Translations under genes and position numbers: made by a program
Part shown: piece after piece, positions 18,901 to 27,190 of the stretch
Numbering within the stretch: position 1 is the first letter of the stretch
Layout: each line of letters begins with the position of its first letter
The notes under the pieces: generated by a model
The model's input: only the letters and a program-made list of their open reading frames with translations
What the model was told of the DNA's origin: nothing
Databases searched by the model: none
NCBI GenBank assembly: GCA_949282135.1
Contig: CASDOR010000007.1
Span: 779 to 64,778 of the forward strand
Direction: 5' to 3'
DNA from: an uncultured Christensenella sp.
GTDB taxonomy: Bacteria > Bacillota > Clostridia > Christensenellales > UBA1242
DNA: 64,000 nucleotides

Positions 18901-20397
18901 CGCCCCACTTCCATCTTTGTAGGTAAATATAAAGTTATTCTCACTTATGTTAAACTGACTGCCACTTTCAAAGGTTAATCTATCTTGAGAACCTGTATAA
19001 TTTACGTCAATACTCTCAACTTCTCTAGCTCTTGGTATAAGATAAAAGGTTTTTGTGTATTCATTTTCAAAATCTCTAAAGGTCACCGTCACCCTAATTT
19101 TGTTGTCGTCTGACTCATTGTTTTTGTAATTATAATAGGCGAGGAAATCATTATAGTAATACCTAAGCCCCCAACTACTAGGATTTGATGCGTCAATGTT
19201 TGTGTAGTTGACATTCATTTCCCCACTTTCTGTCGTTGACCCATCAAGACGCGTTAGCCTATCATTTATGTCACTTTCAATTGAAATAAACACGTTATTC
19301 CTAAGATAATAGTCGTCAACTTCTACACCACTATTATTTATAAGCTCTACCCCAAGATTAATTCCACCAAGTTTACCCGCATTTTCATTATTGAGATACA
19401 AAATAGTTTCATTATCAAAATAAACTTCTGCATTTTCGCTACTTATTACTAACCCATCTATGCTGTAATCACGAATTACAAAGCTTTTACTAGTGCTTAT
19501 AACACTACTATTTGTCATAACATTACTAGTATTCACATTTTCCTGCCCAGTAAAGTTAGGACAAACATATGCGTAAAGCACAACTTCGCCAAGCCTATTT
19601 CCAGTCGGCACAATATCTATGTCACTGTTAACTTCTAGCCTGTTTGTGTTTTGGTTATAAGTGTACTGAACCTCAATAATTGGAGCTAAAGTAGTTTCAC
19701 CACGAGCAGTAGTCACCCTAAAATTAACTGCACTTTCGTCAAGCTCCCCAGTCTCACTATTAACTAACGCCAAAAATATTTTTTTATTTTGCAAATTCCC
19801 AACAGCAAAAATGCTATCAGTTGTTAAATTTCCAAACTCGTTTCTATTTCTATATGGCATGAGAGCATACTCAGGACTTACCTTTATTAGGTCTCCTACA
19901 TTTGAGCCTTGACTTGCCAAGCGGAAAGTGTCCGTACTTTTAAGCTCTGTCAAATCAAAACCTAACTCAAACTCGTTTACACTCGCATCAATAAGTATCT
20001 TACAACTTGCAAGTACTTCTTGGTTTGAAGAACTATTTGTGTATCTTGCATACAAGGTTACAACTCCGCCATGAATATTTCCAGTATCACTATCTGTCAC
20101 CGGCATGATAGAAAAAGGCTCACCAATTACAGCTTGTCTAGGGTAGTCAATTATAAGGTCTCCCCCAGGGCTTGTCTCAAGACTGACGGTCCTCATGTTG
20201 ACACTTTCCGTCGAAGTATTTACTTGAAGTGCAAAGGTACGTGAACTAATAACCTCAGTCTGACTAAAACTAAGGTCAAGTGCGTATGTTTCTTGCTGAT
20301 TTAGCCCACCAAAAAGCCAATATCCACCAATAAAAAGAGCCACCGCACCAATGGTCACTAACATTGAAATCAAAATGACTTTTAGTATACCTTTCAT
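16000..20397 (-). CDS. Very large membrane-anchored surface protein with no recognisable domain
   Basis: 1465 aa. An N-terminal signal anchor (ILKVILISMLVTIGAVALFIGGYWLF) is followed by a long Asn/Ser/Thr/Tyr-rich sequence that looks beta-rich. An aaaggtg SD precedes the start. Confidence 0.85.
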   Translation of the reverse strand: MKGILKVILISMLVTIGAVALFIGGYWLFGGLNQQETYALDLSFSQTEVISSRTFALQVNTSTESVNMRTVSLETSPGGDLIIDYPRQAVIGEPFSIMPVTDSDTGNIHGGVVTLYARYTNSSSNQEVLASCKILIDASVNEFELGFDLTELKSTDTFRLASQGSNVGDLIKVSPEYALMPYRNRNEFGNLTTDSIFAVGNLQNKKIFLALVNSETGELDESAVNFRVTTARGETTLAPIIEVQYTYNQNTNRLEVNSDIDIVPTGNRLGEVVLYAYVCPNFTGQENVNTSNVMTNSSVISTSKSFVIRDYSIDGLVISSENAEVYFDNETILYLNNENAGKLGGINLGVELINNSGVEVDDYYLRNNVFISIESDINDRLTRLDGSTTESGEMNVNYTNIDASNPSSWGLRYYYNDFLAYYNYKNNESDDNKIRVTVTFRDFENEYTKTFYLIPRAREVESIDVNYTGSQDRLTFESGSQFNISENNFIFTYKDGSGADFNTLTYYLPYTSSNSISTIPSDNARFALEFTFISRRGGTISDFSVVDNWCNMVNSTLTFTQGENEVIFSFDGSGNLTGANTDFEFLAGVPITATLTPITKTAQVEESDNLFSFNIGGELFNINARLVKFYSISSQGASTIPYLVVNNVRINSEFEILTEDNSNIIRLEINSDSTLNGIGAFTVIARLINESQGVIYDLGVECEALIYVYENISEILIYNYDNYEQSAFGMQNAIDENSEGKYFYITSSQLETLRRLKESDRLKISFTQDFGDYDASNYNGLVEINENAITFGEFSEVYDEDGLLIGYMVPYVVGEIYSIELDGTILENIFNVRIYVDNGTDEYFYGSFVFNNDTTSTTLNLNVNDLIYNEADIVYLANNGDETTYGNSIDNPLSLRATVTNGEVGWNVINNGETVTELNNLRYGFKYLNTDLDYSVYGIRYNLREIDPNFTLNNVSAFFDFVVSHEGGGLTFKNVPYVDGGILLELSIYVESNSNEFIHYVYDGSGFTRVINEALRQENAAKMYFRLEGFDINITPNEDFVLTGTKDSVYKLFGDDGLFTISGVGSIDYSKAFSASVNSSHVSLSEDLSSFTIKNDFLKSERVTFSFYYNSQSNPLYITLPESDSKVDGYSVMASGAYEINILKTTFDAPSVTPIDEFVSITYLGTSEEKNRQVTLSVLVGSESEDIISITNGNITIKTFVGSREATLRVSIRDDVNASSEDVTVTINSLYSLDNVDISADEVGSSYQINAGVNYNVLFTPNETAEGLGVTLNSVSFEFTSSEEDLVISDINLLMKGYFVSSSNITFLSQDINYEKDVTMTLTFTFSDGGSFEKSFNLTILPNLEFKLSNTANFGKSGDRLLIDKSSVSVMKNGGNILNDNNLTPDKFSFEIDGKTNENIFKFEESGEDLLYLIINYDDPNHSIIPSGEPSLTVIATIIFELTTDYGYTLQFESSFEVLVLSSAN

Positions 20398-20898
20398 TCA
20401 CCTTTTTCCTTTTTTGTTTTCTATTGTATTTTTTATTTGTAAACTCGTCCCCCACTTAAACTAGCCACAAAACTTCCGCCTGCTATTTATTTTTACTAAT
20501 TCTTATAAGCAACGCAGCTTGATTACCCTGTAATAATAACTTGCCTAATACTCGCTCGTACCATAATAAAATTTGTTTGTTACTAGCTAGTTTGTCAATT
20601 ACTTGTCTGGTAACCATGTATTTCTCTTGCATACTAGCCTTAGTAATAAAGCATGTTAGTTTTATCAAACGTCAATTATAATTTGCTTATAAACCTCAAA
20701 AATTTAATATGTATTTTAATTACTTTGCTTTTGTTTAATTGGTAAAAAAATGTGCTATTTGTACCTATATCTTAGTTTGCTAAAAGTTGTAATATATTAT
20801 TCTTTAAAAACTACAACCCTTTTTTTCATACACAAAAATATTATATCTTTTGCTGTCACAAAAAGTCAAATAAATTGCTAAACTTTACTATTTCTCTA

Positions 20899-21113
20899 AA
20901 TAATAAATAATGATTTTGTTTAAAACCTCATTTATCTCACTCTAAACTTTTAAAATAATCTACAATACCTTAATTTCTTAACCTAAACACCACTTTTAAT
21001 CAAAAAAATAAATAATGATTTTACTTAAACCCTCATTTGTCTCACACTAAACTTTTAAAATAATCTACAATACCTTAATTTCTTAACCTAAACACCACTT
21101 TTAATCAAAAAAC
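20899..21113. repeat. Tandem duplication, 2 x 105 nt
   Basis: aaataatgatttt...acttttaaaataatctacaataccttaatttcttaacctaaacaccacttttaatcaaaaa occurs twice, with the anchor word at 20905 and 21010. Confidence 0.9.
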
Positions 21114-21159
21114 ATAAAATCTACTCGCATTTGCTATTTTTTCATACAAAATTTACAAA

Positions 21160-21990
21160 AATGTCATCACTGTCTTGTTTTTTATACTTTTTTAAAAAAC
21201 AATCACTTTTTATTGTTTTTTATCCCTTTTTATGTATATTCTCCCCTTTTCCTGAGTAGCAAAATAAGACAACTATATACTTTTTACTTTAATCTACCTA
21301 TTTTTTTATGTTCTTATTCTTAACTTGTAAAAACCCCTTGCTGTCTTGTTTTTTAGTTTATTTTAAAAAACAATCACTTTTTATTGTCTTTTACCCCTTT
21401 TTATGTATATTCTCCCTTTTTCCCGCGTAGCAAAAAAAGATAACCCTTTACTTTTTTCTTTAATCCTACTCCGCTTTCCTACCTTTTTTACAAGACCAAC
21501 AAAACCTCGCATATTATCTACTTTTAAGACTAATTATAAAAAAAAATCACTTTTTATTTCCTTTTACCGCTTTTTATCTATATTTTCTTTTTTCCACGTA
21601 GCAAAAAAAAAGACAACCTTTTACTTTTTTTTAATCCTACTCCGCTTTCCCACCTTTTTTACAAGACCAACAAAACCTCGCTTATTATCTACTTTTAAGA
21701 CTAATTATAAAAAACAATCACTTTTTATTGTCTTTTACCACCTTTTATGTATATTCTCCTTTTTTCACGCGTAGCAAAATAAGACAACCTTACACCTTTT
21801 TACTTTAATCTACCTATTTTTTTATGTTCTTATTTAAAACTTGCAAAAATCCCTTGCTGTCTTGTTTTTTAGTTTATTCTAAAAAACAATCACTTTTTAT
21901 TGTCTTTTACCCCTTTTTATGTATATTCTCCCCTTTTCCTGCGTAGCAAAAAAAGACAACCTTATACATTTTACTTTAATTCACTTACTT
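21160..21990. repeat. Higher-order tandem array: five roughly 80-nt cores at a 171-173 nt period with two alternating spacer types
   Basis: The core aaaaaacaatcactttttattgtcttttacccctttttatgtatattctcc..ttttcc.gcgtagcaaaaaaagacaacc starts at 21194, 21365, 21538, 21709 and 21881. Spacer order is a, b, b, a, with a partial a-like tail after the last core. Confidence 0.9.
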
Positions 21991-22224
21991 TTTTTTACAA
22001 AAGTTGCAAAAAAGAAAATTTGTAAAAATTACTAATAAAAATAGCTTTTTTGATGCTTTTATTAAAAATAAATAATAAGTTGTAATTAAAACAGAAAAAA
22101 TAAATAAAAAATTATAAAATAATAAAAACTTGTAAATAACTAACTTAAAAAAAATAAAAAAGTCAAAATAACAAAAAAAAACAAATACTAACCATTTTCT
22201 TGTATAATTTTGTTTAAACTAAAA

Positions 22225-22280
22225 TTCGACATTTCTTTAGAACCTTTGCGTAGTTTCACATATGTACATATTTACATATG
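22225..22280. repeat. 56-nt direct repeat, copy 1, containing the 12-nt palindrome atatgtacatat
   Basis: ttcgacatttcttta.aacc.ttgc.....tttcacatatgtacatatttacat recurs at 22708-22763. Confidence 0.85.
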
Positions 22281-22590
22281 CTACTATCTTAACCTCTTAT
22301 TTTTTAACCCTCTACCACAACCCCCAAGTCTTTTTTTACCTAACCACATCCTTTTTTACCAAACTCTTCAACCATAACTAAACCATCCAAATCCCACTAA
22401 AGTCACAAAACCACTATAAATTAACTACATTAAAAACATAAAAATACAACATAAACCCAATTAAAACAATAAATCCTAGTTATGTATAAGCTTAGTTAAA
22501 GCATAAAATTAAATTATTTATAACCTCTCCTTCAATCTTAAGTAACCATCTAAACTCACATAAACAACTCGTTTTGGTACTTTCAAACCC

Positions 22591-22680
22591 CATTAAAAAC
22601 TCAATTTATCATTTTTAAGTCTCACTAAAAACTCAATTTATCTTATTTAAGTCTCACTAAAAACTCAAGTTATACGCACC
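22591..22680. repeat. Tandem array, 3 x 32 nt
   Basis: ca(t/c)taaaaactcaatttatc.t.tttaagtct is repeated at 22591, 22623 and 22655. Confidence 0.85.
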
Positions 22681-22707
22681 TTTATAACTCTTTTTCTCTC
22701 CACAATT

Positions 22708-22763
22708 TTCGACATTTCTTTATAACCCTTGCACGCTTTCACATATGTACATATTTACATGTA
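22708..22763. repeat. 56-nt direct repeat, copy 2
   Basis: See 22225-22280. The same palindrome is present. Confidence 0.85.
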
Positions 22764-22884
22764 TTAAACTTTACTTTACATAAAAACTACTTTACTTTTC
22801 TTGTTATAATTTAAAATATGTCTTACATAAATAATAAAAAGCCGGCGAAATCGACTTTCGTCAATTGAGCCGTCACAAACGCAA

Positions 22885-22974
22885 GCCTGCGTAAAATAAT
22901 AACCTTGCGTAAAATAATAAGCCTGCGTAAAATAATAAGTTTGCATAAAATAATAAGCCAGTATGATAATACCG
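22885..22974. repeat. Iteron-like tandem array, 5 x 18 nt
   Basis: Units are gcctgcgtaaaataataa, ccttgcgtaaaataataa, gcctgcgtaaaataataa, gtttgcataaaataataa and gccagtatgataata. Confidence 0.9.
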
Positions 22975-23180
22975 GCACAGAAAAAAATGAATTGAAATAA
23001 AAAAATTTAGAAAAAGCAAAATTTTTTACCTTTCCTAAATCTTTCAAATATTTTTTATATTTTATATGTTTTTATTATGTCAATTAAGTAGTTTTGACTA
23101 AAAATTCCTACTAGACACTTCTACTTAACAAACGCAGACATGTACTTATGAACCTAAATTTGTCAAGTCAAAATATGTTC

Positions 23181-23693
23181 TTAAACCAACTCGACTAAAC
23201 AAAGCTCAGCAGCATCCCCACGTCTTGCTCCGACTTTAAGGACTCTTGTATAACCGCCCCCTTGTCCTTTTTCATTAATTCTCTCAGCATACTTTGGTGC
23301 ATAGACATTAAAGATTTTTTCAATTAGAGGATGATTAATATCTTTTGTCCTTTCAACAAAACTCATTTTTGACTCTTTAGGAAGTCTAACCTCCTGTCTA
23401 TCAAAAAGCTTAGACATAATCATTCTTCTTGCCTTTAGCTTACTTGGGCCATCATTTAAAACTTCTCTTTTAACTTTAACACCCTTACTATCAACTTCAG
23501 TCTTAACAACTTTAATTGTGTCCTCATAAGTTTTAATTGCAAGAGTTAAAATCTTTTCCGCATAACTTTGAAGAGCCTTAGCGCGAGCGGTTGTTGTAGT
23601 AACCTTCCCATCCCAAAGTAGAGAACTTGCCTGATTGCGAAGTAAACTTAATCTTTCTTTAGTTGGCCTATTTAATTTAGCATTACTAGCCAT
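23181..23693 (-). CDS. rplQ: 50S ribosomal protein L17 (long form with an internal insertion)
   Basis: 170 aa. RPTKERLSLLRNQASSLLWDGKVTTTTARAKALQ and C-terminal GGYTRVLKVGARRGD are L17. About 50 extra residues lie in the middle. Confidence 0.92.
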   Translation of the reverse strand: MASNAKLNRPTKERLSLLRNQASSLLWDGKVTTTTARAKALQSYAEKILTLAIKTYEDTIKVVKTEVDSKGVKVKREVLNDGPSKLKARRMIMSKLFDRQEVRLPKESKMSFVERTKDINHPLIEKIFNVYAPKYAERINEKGQGGGYTRVLKVGARRGDAAELCLVELV

Positions 23694-23716
23694 AATTTTC
23701 TCCTTTAATAAAATTT

Positions 23717-24670
23717 CTACTCTTCGTCATTCCTTAAGCTTAGTCCCATTGCGTGAAGTTTGTTAATAACTTCCTCAAGAGACTTTAAACCAAGGTTTCT
23801 AACTTTAAGCATATCCTCTTTCGACTTTCTTGTTAAATCTTCAATTGTGTTAATGTTTGCCCTCTTTAGACAGTTATAACTTCTAACAGACAAATCCATG
23901 TCCTCAATTGACATTTCCATAACTTTTTCTGGCTTATCTTCTTCGTGAGAAACGAGCACGTCAACGTCATTCATGTTCTCAACCATGTCGACAAACAAAT
24001 CCATGTGGTCTTTCACAATTTTGGATGCAAGAGAAACAACTTCCTTTGCACTCATAGTGCCATTAGTCAAAACCTCAAGGATAAGTCTATCATAATCAAG
24101 GGATTGCCCAACACGAGTAGGCTCAACCTTATAACTAACAGACTTAACAGGTGTAAAGATAGTGTCCATTACGATATATCCTATAGGATCGTCGTCTCTC
24201 TTGTTTTTCTCAGCAGTGTTGTAACCTCTACCTCTGCCAATAACAAGCTCCATATTAAGTTCAGCATCACTATCAAGAGTACAAATCTTAAGGTCTGGAT
24301 TTAAAATTTCAACTTGGTCACTTGTCTCAATGTCGCTTGCAAAAACTTCTCCCGCACCTTTTTTGTTTAGATGTAATGTAGTCCTAAAATCTTCATCTAA
24401 AACACTTGTTGCAACAGCAAGGTTTTTAAGATTTAAAACAATATCTGTTACGTCCTCTTTAACCCCAGTGACACTAGAAAACTCATGTTGTACGCCATCG
24501 ATTTTGACCCCAACAACACCAGCACCAGGCATAGAACCAAGAAGTGTCCTACGAACAGCATTGCCAAGAGTAATACCAAAGCCTTTTTCTAGAGGTTCGA
24601 CAACAAATGTAGCAAACGCACCATTTTCCTTTTCCTCAATATTTACCTTAGGTCTTTCAATATGAATCAT
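23717..24670 (-). CDS. rpoA: DNA-directed RNA polymerase alpha subunit
   Basis: Contains MIHIERPKV...GFGITLGNAVRR and the C-terminal domain LSVRSYNCLKRANI. The start is set at the ATG preceded by ggagg. The ORF-track start at 24715 would overlap rpsD. Confidence 0.93.
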   Translation of the reverse strand: MIHIERPKVNIEEKENGAFATFVVEPLEKGFGITLGNAVRRTLLGSMPGAGVVGVKIDGVQHEFSSVTGVKEDVTDIVLNLKNLAVATSVLDEDFRTTLHLNKKGAGEVFASDIETSDQVEILNPDLKICTLDSDAELNMELVIGRGRGYNTAEKNKRDDDPIGYIVMDTIFTPVKSVSYKVEPTRVGQSLDYDRLILEVLTNGTMSAKEVVSLASKIVKDHMDLFVDMVENMNDVDVLVSHEEDKPEKVMEMSIEDMDLSVRSYNCLKRANINTIEDLTRKSKEDMLKVRNLGLKSLEEVINKLHAMGLSLRNDEE

Positions 24671-24692
24671 AGATAAATAACCTCCCCTTTTA

Positions 24693-25313
24693 CTACCTTG
24701 AATACAACTCGACAATCATATGTTCTTGAATATTCAAGTCAATATCATCTCTACGAGGCAATGCAAGAATTTTGCCAACCATAGTATTTGTATTAAATTC
24801 TAACCATTTTGGAACAACAATTTTCATATCTTTTAGTACTGCAAATTTTGGTGAACTCTTGCTGCTGTCTAAAACTGAGATTTCATCCCCAACCTTTACA
24901 AGATATGATGGAATATTAACCTTTTTGCCATTGACTAAAATGTGTCCGTGATTAACAATTTGTCTACTCTCACTTCTGCTGTCTCCAATACCAAGTCTAT
25001 AAACAACATTGTCAAGCCTTCTTTCAAGCAAACTAAGCATATTCTCACCGACAACACCTTTCATCCTTGTTGCCATCTCGTAGTAGCCTCTAAATTGTTT
25101 TTCAAGAAGTCCATACGCTCTTTTAACCTTTTGCTTTTCACGTAACTGTGTACCATACTCAGTAACTTTTTTACGTCCAAGTCCATGTTGTCCAGGTACA
25201 ACAGGTCTTTTTTCCATAGCACACTTTGGAGAAATACATCTGTCACCTTTCAAGAAAAGTTTACAGCCCTCTCTCCTACAAAGTCTGCAATCTGCATCTG
25301 TATATTTTGCCAT
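24693..25313 (-). CDS. rpsD: 30S ribosomal protein S4 (Cys-containing N-terminus)
   Basis: 206 aa starting [31 protein letters not shown], followed by an S4 RNA-binding domain. Confidence 0.95.
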   Translation of the reverse strand: MAKYTDADCRLCRREGCKLFLKGDRCISPKCAMEKRPVVPGQHGLGRKKVTEYGTQLREKQKVKRAYGLLEKQFRGYYEMATRMKGVVGENMLSLLERRLDNVVYRLGIGDSRSESRQIVNHGHILVNGKKVNIPSYLVKVGDEISVLDSSKSSPKFAVLKDMKIVVPKWLEFNTNTMVGKILALPRRDDIDLNIQEHMIVELYSR

Positions 25314-25328
25314 ATTCTCTATCTCCTC

Positions 25329-25718
25329 TTAAATCCTTCTCTTCTTAGGAGGACGGCAACCATTATGTGGAATAGGTGACACATCACTGATTCTTGTAAC
25401 ATTAAGTTCAGCCGTGCCAAGTGCCCTAATCGCAGCTTCTCTACCATTGCCAGGTCCTTTAACATAAACTTCAACCGACTTTAAACCTTGTTCCTTTGCA
25501 AGTTTTGCTGCAGTTTCAACTGCTTGCTGAGCTGCAAAAGGAGTACTTTTTCTTGCCCCTCTAAATCCAAGAGAACCCGCACTTGACCAAGAGAGAGTGT
25601 TTCCTTGAAGGTCAGTAAACGTAACAAGAGTGTTATTAAAAGATGCTTGAATGTGCACTTGTCCCTTGTCTACATTTTTAGTCTGCTTTTTTCTTTTTAC
25701 AACTTTTTTATTTGCCAT
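25329..25718 (-). CDS. rpsK: 30S ribosomal protein S11
   Basis: 129 aa containing [18 protein letters not shown] and [20 protein letters not shown]. Confidence 0.96.
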   Translation of the reverse strand: MANKKVVKRKKQTKNVDKGQVHIQASFNNTLVTFTDLQGNTLSWSSAGSLGFRGARKSTPFAAQQAVETAAKLAKEQGLKSVEVYVKGPGNGREAAIRALGTAELNVTRISDVSPIPHNGCRPPKKRRI

Positions 25719-25738
25719 TTTTTTTGCTCAATCCCCCT

Positions 25739-26107
25739 TTATTTCTTCTTTTTAGCGACAGTCCTCTTTGGACCTTTACGCGTTCTAGCATTTTGCTTTG
25801 TGCTTTGTCCTCTAACTGGAAGCCCTTTACGATGCCTAATCCCTCTATAGCATCCAATTTCAGAAAGTCCCTTAATGTTAAGAGAAACTTCTCTAGTTAA
25901 ATCTCCCTCAACAGTTAAGTTCTTTTCAATGTAGCTTCGAAGTGTAGCCACCTCTTCTTCAGATAAATCCTTAACACGCTTGTCTGGACTAATATTTGTT
26001 TCTTTTAAAATTTTGTTGCTTGTAACTCTGCCTATTCCCTTAATATAGGTAAGACCAATTTCAAGTCTTTTCTCGTTTGGTAAATCAACACCAGCAATAC
26101 GAGCCAT
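25739..26107 (-). CDS. rpsM: 30S ribosomal protein S13
   Basis: 122 aa containing [25 protein letters not shown]. Confidence 0.96.
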   Translation of the reverse strand: MARIAGVDLPNEKRLEIGLTYIKGIGRVTSNKILKETNISPDKRVKDLSEEEVATLRSYIEKNLTVEGDLTREVSLNIKGLSEIGCYRGIRHRKGLPVRGQSTKQNARTRKGPKRTVAKKKK

Positions 26108-26597
26108 ATTTATTCCTCCATTATTAAAATTGTTTGTGTTTGTTTTATTATAGTTATTTTCTTTTATAAGTTTTTTCTAGTGTTTTTTTATAAAACTAAA
26201 GTTTAAAACTACTAATGCAATAAATCTATTTTTGTGACAAAAGCTCTAGTTAATGCTAAAATTCTCTCTTATGCGTAATTTAGCATTCAGGCACCTAAGT
26301 CCCTATAAGCTTTAACTTAACAAGTAGAAATACTAGTAGTTGCCTTAAAGTTTCTCAAAAAAACACACTAGCTTTACTCTTATGCAACTAAGTTAGGTCT
26401 TAGTGTATGTTTTGTCTAGCATCCAACTAATTGATATTCCTAAACAAAAAACACAAAAACCTAGTTAAACTTACACATTAAAACTTACAAAAGAAAGTCA
26501 ATATATATCTTCACCCCATAGATTTTGTTAAATGCGTAAATGAACATATTCCCATATACGCAAAAAAACAAAACAGCCGCCTATGTTGTGTTATTTT

Positions 26598-26711
26598 CTA
26601 ACCTTGTGTCTGTTTATGCTTTTTATTTGGGCATATTACCATAACTTTACCTTCTCTTTTTATAACCTTACATTTGTCGCAAATAGGTTTAACTGATGGT
26701 CTAACTTTCAT
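26598..26711 (-). CDS. rpmJ: 50S ribosomal protein L36 (zinc-binding form)
   Basis: My own translation, not in the ORF track: [37 protein letters not shown], 37 aa plus TAG. Confidence 0.9.
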   Translation of the reverse strand: MKVRPSVKPICDKCKVIKREGKVMVICPNKKHKQTQG

Positions 26712-26733
26712 TTTTTTCTCCTTTATCCTTAAA

Positions 26734-26958
26734 TTAAATAGATTTACTTCTCCAAATAATTCTGCCCTTGGTCAAATCATAAGGACTCATTTCAACCTTT
26801 ACCATGTCACCTTCAAGAATTTTAATAAAGTTCATTCTAAGCTTTCCAGAAATGTAACAAGTAATAATGTGTCCATTTTGAAGTTTAACCTTAAATGTCG
26901 CATTTGGCAAAACATCGGTAACAACTCCCTCTGTTTCCAAACAATCTGATTTTGGCAT
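26734..26958 (-). CDS. infA: Translation initiation factor IF-1
   Basis: 74 aa containing [58 protein letters not shown]. Confidence 0.96.
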   Translation of the reverse strand: MPKSDCLETEGVVTDVLPNATFKVKLQNGHIITCYISGKLRMNFIKILEGDMVKVEMSPYDLTKGRIIWRSKSI

Positions 26959-27098
26959 AAATTCTCCTTTTTTTCAATAGAAATTTCGTAAATTTGTGCA
27001 ATTTGTTAAATATGTCATAGATTTTATTTAAATTTGACTTAAACTTTATCTTAAAACCTCTTTAAATCCGCTTTATAGTTTACTCTAAATTTTATCAT

Positions 27099-27140
27099 GT
27101 TTTATTTAGTTTTATTTTAGTTTTATTTTAGTTTTTTTTT
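27099..27140. repeat. Short tandem array, about 4 x 11 nt (agttttatttt)
   Basis: Read directly in the infA / KOW-gene spacer. Confidence 0.7.
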
Positions 27141-27190
27141 AAAGCCTCTTTTAGTTTTTTTAAGCCAATTTTAACAAAACCAAATTTATC

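Noticed and set aside
20483-20668. 61-aa ORF just upstream of the giant surface-protein gene, with a faint half-HTH look (…LASNKQILLWYERVLGKLLLQGNQAALLIRIS…)
   Set aside because: It has a TTG start without an SD, and the internal ATG has only a weak aagg. It is too short for a complete HTH domain. It could be a remnant, and I could not support it as a gene.
21403-21774. 123-aa plus-strand ORF across the higher-order repeat
   Set aside because: There is no SD, and the T-rich frame stays open only because the repeat lacks stops. The product is an internally repeated low-complexity string (…LILLRFPTFFTRPTKPR… twice), which is a translation artefact of the array.
21160-21990. CRISPR array
   Set aside because: The repeats are about 80 nt and the period is about 172 nt. 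The spacers are only two sequences that themselves repeat. There are no cas genes in the window, and the repeats are not palindromic in the CRISPR manner.
22000-22974. Chromosomal replication origin (A-rich tract plus iteron-like repeats)
   Set aside because: There is no dnaA or dnaN nearby, and no convincing TTATCCACA-type DnaA box (the best is tctccaca at about 22695). The location between rplQ and a surface-protein gene is not typical. I kept it only as a low-interest shape resemblance.
22823-23047. 74-aa minus-strand ORF downstream of rplQ
   Set aside because: It is encoded by the 18-nt tandem array (LIILRRLIILRKVIILRR). It has no SD and is a repeat artefact.
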